Of a stretch of 64,000 nucleotides of DNA, positions 12,600 through 26,046 are shown in pieces. Location of the stretch: NCBI RefSeq assembly GCF_902713615.1, contig NW_024055728.1:4057978-4121977 (forward strand), in the 5' to 3' direction. Source of the stretch: Scyliorhinus canicula. Lineage: Eukaryota. The first letter of the stretch is position 1. Each line of letters begins with the position of its first letter. The notes under the pieces are model-generated. The model did no database searches, was not told where the DNA came from, and was given only the letters and a program-made list of their open reading frames with translations. The position numbers were made by a program, and so were the translations under genes.

Positions 12600-13310
12600 T
12601 TGAGTGTCCCTTTCAGAACTGTTTTTTGTTATGACACGGCGTCAGTAGTGTCAATTTGAGGGTGGAGCTGAGCTGTGGCTGTGAGGTTTTCTTACTTTCA
12701 GTTTTGACTGCAGTGGACTCATGGAGAAGGAAATGTATTTTCCTTTTTCTCTTTTTTTCATTTTAAATATATGTTACATTAAAATATAATTTTAATATAT
12801 GTTACATTAAAAAAATAATCTAGTTACCTGCTAGTTTAGTAACATTACAGAGACACTTTGTTTTCAGGATGGGTTTATACCTGCTGGTGAGATGGAGTCC
12901 GAATTGCAGGTCAAGCCAGTCTTCTTCATGTGAGAATGTGGAGTGCTGGGATACGCCTGAAACGTTTGTTTTTATTTCTGCGATATAGTGTTTAAATTGG
13001 AACAGCTAAGGGGGAATTCATTAAAAGTTCTACATAGATTACTGTTGATGTGTGCGTCTTTCTGTTTGTAATTGACGAACATTTCTTGCTGCTTCTTCAT
13101 ATAAATGTCAGCTAAGTTCTTAGAATAAAGCCTATTTTGATGAACGTGTCGAGGAAGACTATTAATTCGCTCCTCAATTTTTGGTTGAAGTAGACGACGC
13201 TGGGCACAAGTGAAGGATCTTGCGCCGAGCCTAGTCTAATTCAACAAAAACATTTAATCATGCGAACTACATAATACACTCTGAAGATTCTTATGCTCAG
13301 GCCAATAAAA
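12600..13310 (+). mobile_element. Probable solo LTR inserted in the TG tract
   Basis: Abrupt composition change; start tgagtgtccctttcagaa...gggtggagctgagctg resembles shark LTR starts; AATAAA at 13123; termini not resolved. Confidence 0.4.
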
Positions 13311-13358
13311 TAGTGCATGTGTGGCTGTGTGTCTGAGTTTGTGGTTGACCGTGTACTT

Positions 13359-13702
13359 GGAGCAGCACGGTAGCATGGTGGTTAGAATAAATGCTTCACA
13401 GCTCCAGGGTCCCAGGTTCGATTCCTGGCTGGGTCACTTTCTGTGCGGAGTCTGCACGTCCTCCCCGTGTGTGCGTGGGTTTCCTCCGGGTGCTCCGGTT
13501 TCCTCCCACAGTCCAAAGATGTGCGGGTTAGGTGGATTGGCCATGCTAAATTACCCGTTGTGTCCTAATAGTAAGGTTAAGGGGGGAGTTGTTGGGTTAC
13601 GTGTATAGGGTGGATACGTGGGTTTGAGTAGGGTGATCATTGCTCGGCACAACATCGAAGGCTGAAGGGCCTGTTTTGTGCTGTACTGTTCTATGTTCTA
13701 TG
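13359..13702 (+). mobile_element. HE1-type SINE, full length
   Basis: gcagcacggtagcatggtggttag head, B box, tail gttctatgttctatg. Confidence 0.95.
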
Positions 13703-14764
13703 GGACATGTTTCCATATGTGTGGGAATCAGAGTTGTGTGGGTTAAGTGCGTGTCAGTGTGTACGCGTAAGTGTGCCTGTGTGAGCGTGTGTGTATGAGC
13801 GGGGTTTATTTGTAAACGTGTGTGTGAATGTTGGTATATGGATCTGTGTGTGTTTAGATGTCGGGATGTGAGTAGGTGTGTCGATGAGTGTGTGCAGCTG
13901 ATGCGTTTATTTGCGTTCGTGTTTGTGCCAGGGTGTGTGAGGCAGACAGTTTGAAAGACTGATTTTGTGTGTGTCAATCTGTCTGTGTATAAGTGTATGT
14001 CTGTGTGAAAGAAAGAGTCTGTGTGACAGAAATAGTTTTCATGTGTGTTCGAGGGTGCATGTGTACAATGTGGCGATGGTGTGTACCTGGTTGTGAGCAT
14101 GTGTCTGTGTATCAGTCTGATTTTTTATATTGGTCTGAGAGGTGTGCGTGTTTGTGTATTCCCGTGTGTCGCTGTGAATATATCCGTCCATCTGTGATCG
14201 TGTATGTATTTGTGTCTGTGTGTACATGCGCGTGTGTTTTTGATTGTTTACTTGTGGGGGGGGGGGGGGTGTTTGTGTCTGTGCATACGTGAGTTTGTGT
14301 GTGTGCGTGTTCTATCGGGTGTATGCAGATTGGCTGGTTGACAGTGTGGGGAATAATATCTGTCTGCTTTTGTATCTGGGCCTGTTTTTGTGACTGTATT
14401 TGTCCCTGATTGTGTGTGTGAAGGTGTGTCTGTGAGCTCGTGTTTGCGCTTGACTGTTTACTTATGCGAGTCATTGTATGTGTCTGCGATTGTTATTTGT
14501 GTGAATGTGTATATGCAGATGAATCTGGGTGCATTGCTGTATGTCCGTGGGCTTATGCCAGTGGATGTGAGGATGTGCATGTGGGTTTATTCGTGTGTGC
14601 CCCGGTGGGTGCGTGGCCGTATGTGGGTCTGTGTTTCATTGTTGTGTGTGTGCCAGTGTCTGTGTGTCGGTGTTTTAGTTTGTATATGAGTGTATGTATG
14701 TGGACGTGCATGCTTGTGCGACTGTGTGCTTGTGAGTAGGTATATTTCTCTATGTGGCTGTGAG

Positions 14765-15079
14765 AATCATAGAATTTACAGTACAGAAGTAGATTATTCG
14801 GCCCATTCAGTCTGTACCTCACCTCTTAAGCCCACGACCTCACCCTATCGTCATAACCCAGAGACCCCACTGAATATTTGAGACTCTCACAGCAATTATC
14901 ATGGCCAATTCACCTAAATTGCACATCTTAGTACTGTAGGAAAAAATCCGAAGCACTCGAAGGAAACCCACCCAGACGCAGGATAAAGTGCACACTCGAC
15001 ACAGACAGTCACCAGACTGTAATTCTGCTACGTGGACTTGTGAGGCAGCAGTGCTAACCACAGTGGCACTGTGCCGCCC
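14765..15079 (-). mobile_element. Older HE1-related SINE
   Basis: Reverse complement starts gggcggcacagtgccactgtggttagcactgctgcctcac. Confidence 0.8.
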
Positions 15080-15819
15080 GTGCATGGTGGATGTATTTGA
15101 GTGTAGGTTTGAGGGTATGTGTGAGAGTGCGTGTGACTCCGTATTTGGGTGTGAGGAAGTGTGTGATTGTGGGTGTCTGTGTGCTTTTGATAGTTTATAT
15201 GGGGGTGTCATTTTTGATTGTTGGTGTTTGTGTGTCTGTGTGTGAGTGTATGAATGTTTGTTTGCACGTGTGCATGTTTGATTTTCTGGGTGTGTCTGTG
15301 TGTGGAGTGTTGTGTGTCTGTGTGGCTGGATGTCCGTGTTTAGTGTGTGTGTGTGTCTGTATGTGTTTTTGTTTGCGTGGGTTCACAGGTTGTTTGTGGT
15401 GTGTGTAAGAGACTGCTTAGCATGAGAGTGGGGTGCGTTTGCATGTATGTGTTTGGATGTACGCTCGTGTGTTTCAATGCCTATGCTTTTGTAGGGTTGT
15501 ATGTTTATGTCGGTGTCTGTGTGTTTGTGAATGTATCTGTTTGGAAGTGGATATGTGAGTGGGTATGTTGAAGTGCGGATGCATGCAGGTGAGTGAATAA
15601 CGTTGCCTGTGTACATGTCTGTGTGGAGATTATGGGTGTGTAGGGCTTTGCAGGTGTTTGTATATCTGTGTGGGGGTGAGACAGTGAGTGAGGGACATAA
15701 TGTTTCGGCGAGTATGAGAGGTAAACGGTGCGTGTCGGTGTGTATGTGTCAGGGTGTGAGTCTGTGTGTGGGTGGTTGTATTTATGTATCATTGTTTGTA
15801 AGTGTATATTTGTATATTC

Positions 15820-15935
15820 CCGTACCAGCCTCCCCGGACAGGCGTTGGAATGTGGCGACGAAATGTGGCTTTTCACAGTAACTTCATTGAAGCCTACTCG
15901 TGACAATAAGCGATTTTCATTTTTTAAATTTTTCA
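15820..15935 (+). mobile_element. Short SINE 3' part (...ACTCGTGACAATAAGCGATTTTCATTT tail)
   Basis: Matches the copy at 52990-53158. Confidence 0.75.
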
Positions 15936-16019
15936 TTTGTGTGTATTGTCTTTGTCAACGCTGGTTATCACTTCCTCTGCCGGATGTGTAATTTCATTGT
16001 TTATTTCCCTTCCTCACAG

Positions 16020-16921
16020 TGAACTTCCTCACAATTGCGATCCTGAAGAGGAAAGTATGTGGACTGTCCAAATGTGTTACTTGTTACCTGGTGGCTATGT
16101 CCGTGGGGGACTTACTGGTAGTTACACTCGATCTGATATTGAGACACATTCCCATTGCTTTTAAAGATCAGTTTGATTTCTTGTGGTACATTCCCGTGTG
16201 TAATATACACGCCGCCCTGCTTTATGCAGCCACTGACTGTTCTGTCTGGTTCACCGTCGCTTTCACATTTGATAGATTTGTGGCAATTTGTTGCCCGAAA
16301 CTGAAAAGTAAATATTGCAGCGAGAAAACGGCGTCTGTCATTCTGGGAACAGTAACTGTACTGAGCTGTTTGAAGAACATTTTCTGGTATTTTATGTTAA
16401 CAGGTCATTATTGGTTAGTTAACCGACCCTGGTTTTGTGAGATCACAGATGACGCTCTGTTCTCTCAGATCTGGGTATCAATCGAATTCCTCCACAACAT
16501 TCTAACTCCGTGTGTTCCATTTGTCTTGATTCTTCTGCTCAATGTTCTCACCGTCAGATACATTGTCGTGAGCAGCAGGGCCCGCAGGAGACTTCGGGCT
16601 CACAGCTGTGGGGAGAAACCAAGAGATCCAGAGATGGAGAGTCGGAGGAACTCGATTGTTTTATTGTTTATTATCTCGGCGAATTTCATCCTTTTATGGT
16701 CAATGTTCATGCTTTATTCTATTTGGAAACGGATGAGTTTTTTTGTATATAGTACTGTGAGTTTCAATGATTATGTTCAAGAATTAGGCTTCATGCTACA
16801 GCTCTTGAGTTGCTGCACAAACACTGCAATTTATGTAATTACACAGGATCAGTTCAGAAAGCAGTTGAAGAATGTGGTGATATTTCCATTCACGCAAATG
16901 TTTCAATTCACTAAATCCTGA
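16020..16921 (+). CDS. GPR139/GPR142-like orphan class A GPCR, large final coding exon (mid-TM1 to stop); exon 1 not identified in window
   Basis: Acceptor ttcccttcctcacag|TG AAC; uninterrupted 300-codon frame with hydrophobic TM segments, YLVAMSVGDLL (TM2), FTFDRFVAIC (DRY equivalent), TPCVPF (TM5), SCCTNTAIY (NPxxY equivalent); TGA at 16919-16921. Confidence 0.9.
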
Positions 16922-17239
16922 GTGGAAAAACATTTCACGGGGCATTTTCCGTTTACCACTGGCATGGAAAACTGTCCATAGTCACAGATGCTCACCATCC
17001 TTCCAGCCGGCCTCATGTTCCATCCGCGGATCTCGGACGCTGACTGGACAGAAACATCAATCATTTGACAATTCACTGTTCCCACTGAGCAGCCGCCCTG
17101 GCCATCGTCAAAAGCCCTCTCACGGATGGGACAGGAATACTTGATTCCAGTGGGGACAAAGAGAGTGAGGTGGCAGATGATGTGCACACAGCGTATTCGA
17201 GCAGCTCTGCGAACGGGGCAGGTATCAAAGTTCAAAGGA

Positions 17240-17645
17240 TATGGGGAAAACGTGGTCTGTTGTCATTAGAACGACGGAGATTGCAGGGAGAACTGATACA
17301 TATCTACAAGATTATGAGGGGCATGGACAGAGTGCACTGTCAGGATATGTTTTCCACGTTGGAAGAGTCAATTAGTCGGAGCATAGGATAAAGGTGCGAG
17401 GGACAAAGTTTCAGGGGGTGTAGAAGGCAATACACAGCGGATGGTGGGTACCGGGAACTCGCTGCCTGGGAGGTAGTTAAATAAAATAGATATTGACTCT
17501 TGAGGGGCGAATTAACAAATACATGAATAGGATGAGGATGGAGGGATATGGTCCACGGAATGAGAGGGGATTTTAGCTCAGATTGACAGCATGGTGACTG
17601 AAGGTTTCGAGGGCCTAAGCGCCTGTTCATGTACTGTAATTTAAT
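17240..17645 (+). mobile_element. Old CR1 3' end
   Basis: GLLSLERRRLQGELIHIYKIMRGMDRV. Confidence 0.75.
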
Positions 17646-17699
17646 GTGTACTTTATTCTGTTCATTTTCCTACATCATGGTCAAGATTGTAGACAGAAA

Positions 17700-18170
17700 G
17701 GGCGCCAGTGAGAGATAGAAAGAGCGATACGTGAGCGATCGGAGGGGGGGGGGGGTGGCAGAAAAAGTGTGAACGATATAAAGAAATGAAGAGACAGAGA
17801 CAGTGTAAGTGAGAGAGACAGCCAGAGAGAGGGGGAGAGAGGGTGTTGACATATATTGAAAGACAGACAGACAGAAGTTGAGGCATATTGAGCTAGAGAG
17901 GTAGAGATTGAGGCAGAGAGCGAGAATGTGAGCCAGAGATACCAATTGAGGAACTACGGCAGCCAAAGTAAGCCAAGGGCGTGGCAGAGAAATGAGAAAG
18001 AGGGTGAGGCAGAGAGGAAAGAGATCGAGAGAAAGAGAGAGCAAGAGATAGGTTGAAAGAGTGATAGCTAAAAGGAGAGATGATGGCAAGGATAGTGACC
18101 CGGGCACATAGCGAAACATGGAATAAGGAAGAGAGTGAAGCATGGAAAAAATGCTAAGAGCGAGAGAGTC
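17700..18170. repeat. GA-rich low-complexity tract
   Basis: Degenerate (GA)n/(GACA)n. Confidence 0.8.
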
Positions 18171-18724
18171 TGTGACTCGGTGATTTGGTCTGCACAGCCT
18201 TCTGCGTCAGAGATGCACAGATTCACAACCCTCTGGCTGAAAAAGTCCTCCTCATGTCAGTTTTAAAGGGATCCCCCCTTTCGTCTGAGATTGTGCATTC
18301 TACCTTTTCCAAGAAGTGGAAGCATCCCCTCCACATCCACTTTATCCTGGCCTTGCATTATCATTTAACCATCTGGGCAGCAAGCTTATCTGGACTTCAA
18401 ATTCTGTAATGAGGTGGGATTAATGAGTGACCTCACAGTTCAGGCTCCTCGAGGAAATAGTGAACATAATATTATAGAATTCAAAATCCTGTTTGACGCT
18501 AGAAAGTGGAGCCCTACACTGCATTCTGGAATTAAACCAAGGAAAATGATGCCGGCATGAGGACAGATATTTCACACGTAGAGTGACCAGGAGGGTGAAA
18601 ACATAGGGCAATTGATGAACAGTGGCAGTTGTTCAAGAACACGCTGACAAGTAAAATGATTCCCATTAAGGAAGAACGATGTTAAGAGGAGTAAAAAAAC
18701 ATTCATGACTAAACACGGAGATTA

Positions 18725-19121
18725 CATAAGAACATAAGAACTAGGAGCAGGAGTAGGCCATCTGGCCCCTCGAGCCTGCTCCGCCATTCAATTAGATCAT
18801 GGCTGATCTTTTGTGGACTCAGCTCCACTTTCCGGCCCGAACACCATAACCCTTAATCCCTTTATTCTTCAAAAAACTATCTATCTTTACCTTAAAAACA
18901 TGTAATGAAGGAGCCTCAACTGCTTCACTGGGCAAGGAATTCCATAGATTCACAACCCTTTGGGTGAAGAAGTTCCTCCTAAACTCAGTCCTAAATCTAC
19001 TTCCCCTTATTTTGAGGCTATGCCCCCTAGTTCTGCTGTCACCCGCCAGTGGAAACAACCTGCCCGCATCTATCCTATCTATTCCCTTCATAATTTTAAA
19101 TGTTTCTATAAGATCCCCCCT
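18725..19121 (-). mobile_element. Young CR1 3' end nested in an older + strand CR1 remnant (about 18440-19345)
   Basis: ORF 18819-19091 intact (TRGHSLKIRG...FFTQRVVNLWNSLP); cataagaacataagaac tail. Confidence 0.9.
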
Positions 19122-19350
19122 TAAGGAGATTAAGGACTTAACAAAGATAAAAACTAAATCTATTCATCAGTTCTCACTGTAGAGCGCAACAGAAACATTC
19201 CTATTGGAACGGGAATTTCCAGGTAATAGAAAGGGAGGAACTGCGATGAATTCGCATCAATAGGGAAACTGATTTGAACAAACTCTTGGGATTAAGAGTA
19301 CACATGTCCTCCGCGCCTCATAACCTATATATTAGGGTGTCAAATGATGC

Positions 19351-19635
19351 GGCAGAACATGGTGGTACAATCTGTCGCACTGCTGCTTTCAGCGCCAATG
19401 ACGCACTTTCGATTCCCTGGTTGGCTCACTGTGGAGCCTGTACATTCTCGCCGCGCCTGGGTGGTTTTCCTCTGGATGCTCTGGTTTCCTCCCGCAAGTC
19501 ACTAAAGATGTGCTTGTTAGGTGAATTCGATATTGTAAATTCGTCCTCTGTGTACCCGAATTGGCGCCAGAATGTGACGTCTGGGAGATATGCACAATGA
19601 CTTAATGTCAGTGTTAATGTGAACCTACTGTGACA
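19351..19635 (+). mobile_element. Old SINE (second family)
   Basis: SINE head and body, degenerate ...aacctactgtgaca tail. Confidence 0.7.
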
Positions 19636-20049
19636 TACTGAACTCAAGGACGAATGCAGATTCCTACGTTGGAACAGCAAATGGAAATTGGACCCTCAGA
19701 GACCTTTCCAGGTCACTGGCTGCAACATACCTTAACTACATTGTGGACCAGAGTTAAGGATTTCCATGTCACCGGGTTGGACATCGGCCTCCTGTGGTCA
19801 GACACTGGACTGCAGTTAGACTTTTTACAGAGAGAAAATGGAAAAACAAATCAACAAGCGATTCTTGCAGATAATGTTTGGAATCTTATGGCGACCTCGA
19901 CGTACTGCGACCCATCCGTGTTATTGCGACCCCTACCATGAGCAAGGGTTGTTGCCGCCCCTAAGGGCCGAATGGCCTTATGCTTCACTGCAGGGATTCT
20001 AAAGCATAAGAGAGTGTGCAGTACGATAGTCAAGGGCAAAGATGGGAGC

Positions 20050-22260
20050 ATCTGTGGACACCCATGTCCCCTCTCCCAATTTACAACAATTCAGGTAGCA
20101 ATCTGCCTTCCTGTATTTGCTTCCAAAATGAATGACCTCACAGTTATTTAAATTATAGTGCATCTTCCATTGGTTTTCCGACTCGTCCAACCTGTCCAGC
20201 TCATGCAGTGGGACCCTTACATCCTTGTCACAATTCACCGTCCCACCGTCCTTGGTATCATCTGCAAACTTTGAGAAGTTACATATTTTCCCTCATCCAA
20301 ATCATTAATATATGTTGTGAATAGCTGGGGTCACAGGACCGATCTCTGTGGTACCCTCCTAGTAACTGCCATCCAGCTTGAAAAGGACCGATTAATCCCT
20401 ACTTTTCGTTTTTTCTCTGTCAACCAGTTTTCTATCTACCTCAATACCTTTCCCCCCAACCCATACACTTTAATTTTGCTCAATATTCTCTTATACGGGA
20501 CGTTGCCAAACGCCATCTGAAACTACAAATATCGACTGGCTCCCCCTTGTCTACTGTACTGGTTACCTCTTCAGTGAATTCCAACAGATTTGTCAAGCAT
20601 GATTTTTCCTTCATATATCCATGCTGACTTTGACTGATCCTGCAAATTTCTAAATGTTTCGCTAAAAATCTGTAATAATGGATTCAGACATTTTCTGCAC
20701 TACCCAATGTTAGGCTTTCTGGTCTATAATTCCCTGGTTACTCTCAACCTCCCTTTTTAATAAAGGAGTGACTTGAGATACCCTACAATCTACAGGGACG
20801 GTTGCAGACTCTATATAATCCGGGAAGATGATCAACAATGCTGCAAAGCTTTCTCGAGCCACCTCCTTACGCACTCTGGGATGCAGATTCTCAGGCCCTG
20901 GGGATTTGGCCGCCTTCTATCCCAACAAGTTTCCCAGCACAATTAATCTCCTAATTTCGACGTCCCTCAGTTCTTCCATCTCACTAAACATTTCATTCTC
21001 GAACTTTGCTGGTATCTGATTTGTTTCCTCTTTTGTGAAGACAGAACCAAAGTATGTATTCAATTGCTTAACCATGTTTTTGTCCCTTATTATGCACTCC
21101 TCTGTTTCTCTCTGCAGGGCCGACATTTCTCTTTACCAATCTCTTTCTCTTCACATATTAATATAATCTATTAGTTGCTGTCCTTGTGTTCCCAGCAAGC
21201 TTCCTTTCGCACTGTACTTCTCCTTCTTCATCAATTACTTGATCCGTCTTTGCTGAATTATAAAAGGCTCCCAACCCTCAGTTATATTACTTTTCTTGAC
21301 CAATCTGTAGGCTTCCTCCTTGTATAGGATATTATTTCTAATTTAGTTTAAAAGCCATGGATTGGCCCTCTTGCCTCCTTTGCTTTTGTGCCAGTCAGCA
21401 ATGAACAGTTGCTGGAGTTTGCCACGCTCTCCTTGAATGTTTGCCATTGTCTATCCACCGCTATCCCTTTCAGACACTCTCCCCGGTCTATCAAGTCAAA
21501 CTCCCGCCTCATATTTTATATATCTCCCTTTATTAAGATTATGTACCCTCGTCTCCGAATAAACTACTTCACGCTCCATCTTGATAACAATTTTACCATG
21601 TTATTGTCGTTTATCCCCAAGGTGTCTCGTTCGGACAGATTGGCAATGATTCCCTTCTCATTATACAATACCCAGTCTAAGATGGCTTGCTCTCCATTTG
21701 GTTCCTCTATTAATTGGTCAAGCAAACCATTCCGCATGCTCTCCAGGAAATCCTCTTCTCAGGCATTGTGGCTAATTTTATTTGCACTATCGATGTGAAG
21801 ATTAATATCGCCCATTTTCACCGATATTCCCTTGTTGCATGCATGTCTAATTTCTTGTTTAATGCCATTCCCAACCTCACCACTGCGGTTTGGGGATTTA
21901 TGTATGAAACCCACTACTGTTTGTTACCCCTTGGTATTTCTTAACTCTGCCCATACATATTCCACATTGTCAGAGCTAAATCCATTCGCACTACTATGTT
22001 AATTTCCTCTTCAACCAGTATTACCATGTCGCCACATTTTTAATGTATGTTATTTCTAAACACTGTGAACGCTGATACATTAAGTTCCCATCCTTGTTCA
22101 CCCTGCAGCCATGTCTCCGTAATCACAATTACATAATGAGCATTTATATCAACCTGCACGATTTGTTCATCCACCTTGTTGCCAATGCTCCGTGCATTAA
22201 TGTACAGAGTCTTTAAGTTTGTCTTTTTCACAGTGTTTGTCTTGCTCCCAATATTTTCTC
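20050..22260 (-). mobile_element. Decayed CR1 ORF2 (APE endonuclease through RT)
   Basis: LYINARSIGNKVDE...ITETWLQG (22040-22297), LNTYFGSVFTKE, downstream RT motifs with stops. Confidence 0.85.
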
Positions 22261-22744
22261 TAATATCCTGTTTGAATGTTGCCCTTGATTTCTTCACCTA
22301 TCACAAGCTCAACCTTCAACCTTCCCCATGAATTCGATTATCTTCTTATCAATTTAAAGATTAGTTTTTTTCACATGTCCTGCTTTTCCTGGGAACACAT
22401 TTTCAGGATTGAACAAGCCATAAGCAAATGATGCTGAGAAGAAGTGACAATACACGTCAACTTCCATGTGTCTCGATCAACTCCAGAGGCACCGACACCG
22501 ACATTATTACATTTCCCAGACCACCTCACATTCTCTTTGCTGCATGTGGAAAAAATAACCTTATTGCAATGTCTTAGGCTCATTGAAGTGGTTTGTTCAA
22601 TGGCAGCAACATTAATGGTGGACAGGCATTGAAAAGCGAGACCGTGAAACGGTGGGGGATAGAATTCCAGATGTTAATTTGGGAGGCTGTACTCCCAACA
22701 TAGAAACTCATAACACCTTCATACAATACAGTGCTGTTAGTATT

Positions 22745-22950
22745 CCGGAAATTGGGTGAACACTTTGCGGAAAACCTTCACCCGGTCTGTCAACATGATA
22801 TTGAACTCCCTGCCTCCCTGTTACTAGCCATTTCTGGTCAACATTTTTTAAATTATGCTCACATTTCTGTCCTCCACGCGCGGCAGTATATGAGTGAAGC
22901 CGCAGGTAAAACCATGGCCCGATTAGACAATTTAAACCTAAACGACATAG
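22745..22950 (+). mobile_element. Penelope-like element, GIY-YIG endonuclease C-terminal remnant
   Basis: RKLGEHFAENLHPVCQHDIELPA...HAHISVL...SEA matches the R.LG.RF.EHL.SV...D..LPV..HF pattern. Confidence 0.6.
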
Positions 22951-23290
22951 ACCAGCTGCTGACTATCGACTCTGTCTTTCATTTTCTTTGCTTCCATCCC
23001 TCCCTTTCCCTACACCAAGTTCCAATCACTGACGTGTTCTCGTTTTTAATTTGAGAAAGCAATGAACCTTATTCTTCTGGGAGCACAACCTGTTATATGA
23101 CCTTTCTGACTTGGCACTGTTAACATCTGCTATAATTTGTACTATTATCATTACGACCAGTTTGATGTCATTTCACCTTTATAATTTTATCCATCCTGAT
23201 CTCCACTCGACCCTTCACGTTCTACTTTGCTTCTCCTGAACCACCATCCACTTTGTCAAGTGCAGAAAATCCACCATATTTCTCCCTCAC

Positions 23291-23508
23291 AGGGCAGCAC
23301 GGTGGCGCAGTAGGTTAGTAGTGCGGCCTCACGGCGCTGAGATCCCAGGCTCCGGGTCACTGTCCGTGTGGAGTTTGCACGTTCTCCCTGTGTTTACGTG
23401 GCTTTCGCCCCCACAACCCCATACAAATGTGCAAGCTAGGTGGATTGGCCTCGCTAAATTCCCCCTTAATTGGAAAAAATGCATTGGGAACTCTAAATTT
23501 AAAAAAAA
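23291..23508 (+). mobile_element. tRNA-derived SINE (short variant)
   Basis: gggcagcacggtggcgcagtaggttag head; gctaaattcccccttaattggaaaa end. Confidence 0.85.
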
Positions 23509-24849
23509 ATCTTCCTCTCCAGGTCTGCAGTGTCAGGCCACAGTGGAAGTATTAACTCCGTTTCTCTCTCCGCTGCTGCTTTTTGACCTTCTGGCGTTTT
23601 CGAGCACGATCTGCTCTGACTGCTGTTGGGCACTTTCTGGAACCTTCACTGCAGAGAGGATGGGCCAAATGGACTCCTGCGCTGTAACTATTATGTCCAT
23701 CAGGAACGTGGTCATGTTAACGTGTTGATGCCCACAGCCGACATTAGCTGCTCTCTGATTGGCAGGTGGCTGCCTTTGTGATGTCACCTGGCGACACGCT
23801 TTCCACCTCGTTACAATTCCCCAGTTCTGGTGACTGTGGGCGGAATTTCGAGTTTGCAGCGGGCCCTGTGACTGAGGGTCGTTCATGTAAAACATGGCAC
23901 AGGGAAGGAACGACTGGTCATGAAACCCATTGACTCATCATTAATGAATCACAAACATGGCGAAATTATTTATGCTATTAGCTCCAACACAAAATCGACT
24001 TGATGTGATTTACATATACTCAACACTAACTATCAGCAAGCAGTTGTGGAACAGTTATACATGTTTTTATTCCATGATGCAGTGGGCATCGCAGTTTCAG
24101 ACAGCATTTGTTACCCATCCCGAATTTACATTTCTAACCTGATGGTGAGCTGCCTTCTTGAAGAGTTACAATCCCTGATGTGTATGCATATGCAACGTGC
24201 TGTTAGGGAGGTCGGTCGGGGATTTTTACCCAATGGCAATAACTGAACGGTGATATATTATCCATTCGGAATGGTGAGTTTGAGAGAGGAACTTCCAGGT
24301 TTCGACGTGCTCGTGGTCCCAACTATCTGCTGCTCTGAACCTTGCATATGATAAATATCTTTAGTCTGTAAGATGCTGTCTGAGGATCCTTGATAAGTTT
24401 CTGCTTCTTGGAGATAATTCACATTGCTGCTGCAGCGCGCAACAGTATGAATATTTGTGGACGGAAGCATTGCCTCGAATGGTGTCGAGATTGTTGATTT
24501 AGCTGAAGCTGTTGTGCAGTGGATGATATTCCGCTAAATTTCAGATTTCTGTCTTGTCGGCACTGCACCGCATTTGGGAGTGAGGAAAGGAGATACTCAC
24601 TACATTATTCTGATTTGTACTTGTAGCTACAATATATCAATCAGCCCGTTCTGTTAGTGATAAAAGGTAATACCCAAGAGTTGTTTCGCGGCGAATTCAG
24701 TGATTGCAATGCCAGCGAATATGAAGGGGGAATGGTCAGAACCTCTTTTGTTGGACATGATCATGTTCTGGAAATTCTATGATGCAGATGCTAATTTCCA
24801 CATTGTCAGCCTGAACCTTCACATTGTAATTTGGACATTGTGGAAGCCA

Positions 24850-25860
24850 AAATTGCCTGCTCCAGACTGAGTCAGCATGAATTTACGGCAACAAAATCCT
24901 GCTTGATAAATAGATTGGATGTTGTCGAGGGTGTAACTGCTACAGGTGCCAGTGGATGTATTTTACCTGGATCAGAAGGTTTTCGACAAAGTCCTAAATG
25001 AGAGATTAGTGTGTAAAACTAAAGTGCATGGCATTGGGATTATATTCAGATGCAATAAATATTGGTTGACAGACAAGAAACAAAGAGCTGGAATAAATGG
25101 CGTCTACTTTTCCAAATTGTAGGCATTGATGAGTGGGACGCCCACAATTGTCAGTGCTGGGACCCTTACTATGCACAATATAAAAGAATGGTTTAGATGA
25201 TGGAACTGTGTGTAATATCTTCAAATTTCCAGCTTCCATAATGTTGGATGGGAGAGTGAGCTGTGAGGAAACACAAAGATTTTTCAATTGATTAGGGCAA
25301 TTAAGTGAATTGAAAAATGCATTACGCATGCAGTTTAATGTGAATCAATATGAGGTTATCCAATTTGCTGACAAAAAACAGGGAGATCGAAAATCGGGAG
25401 AGGGGAATGGGAAACTAGACCTGTGAGTCCTTGTGCAAGATTCGTTCGATGTATCATGCAGGTGCAGCAGACGCTGAAAAATGCAATTGGTATGTTTATC
25501 TTAATGATGAGAGGATTCTATTACAAGAGAAGGGACTTTCCTGCTTCAAATATACAGGCCATGGTGCCATCGTACAACGAATTATGTGTGCAGTGTTGAT
25601 CTTATCTGATGAATTATATCCTTGTTAGAGGGAGTGCAGCAAATGTTTAAGAGACTGTTTCCTGGGATGGCAAGACTGGCGTACGCGGAGAGATTGAGGT
25701 GGTTATTGTCGTTTAGATGAATGGAGCGGGACCCGCAGTCGCCTACACAATTATTATATGACTAAATAGAATCGATGGAGGAGGGATGTTCCTGAACGCT
25801 GGACAGTCCATAACCAGGCTTCATAACCACAGAAAACAGGGAAAAGTATTTTGCCGGAGA
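24850..25860 (+). mobile_element. Highly decayed CR1 RT
   Basis: Remnants of KSCL.N, YLD.QK.FDKV and later CR1 motifs. Confidence 0.65.
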
Positions 25861-26046
25861 AGGTAGTTCGATTCTAAATGCGTAGTTTTGGTCATGGTGT
25901 CAAATTCAGTCAAATTTCTTTTCCCTATTTTTTTTTCTAATTCAATGAGCAGTTTACCACTGACATTATCTTCTCTTCGCTGCTCCCACAGTTATCCCTG
26001 ATCGTTCATTTTCTTTATTCTTTTCTGGGATTTGGCGGCGCTAGTT

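Larger units (their letters stand above)
11880..15960. repeat. About 4 kb degenerate (TG)n low-complexity tract with (TA)n/(GA)n microsatellites at 11906-11975
   Basis: Direct inspection; produces the spurious C/V- and H/T-rich ORFs in the track. Confidence 0.9.

Noticed and set aside
13359-13430. tRNA-like A/B boxes
   Set aside because: These are SINE heads, not tRNA genes; no complete cloverleaf and they continue into SINE body.
11857-15991. Numerous C/V-rich and H/T-rich ORFs (also 45563-46091)
   Set aside because: Translations of TG/CA low-complexity DNA, not genes.
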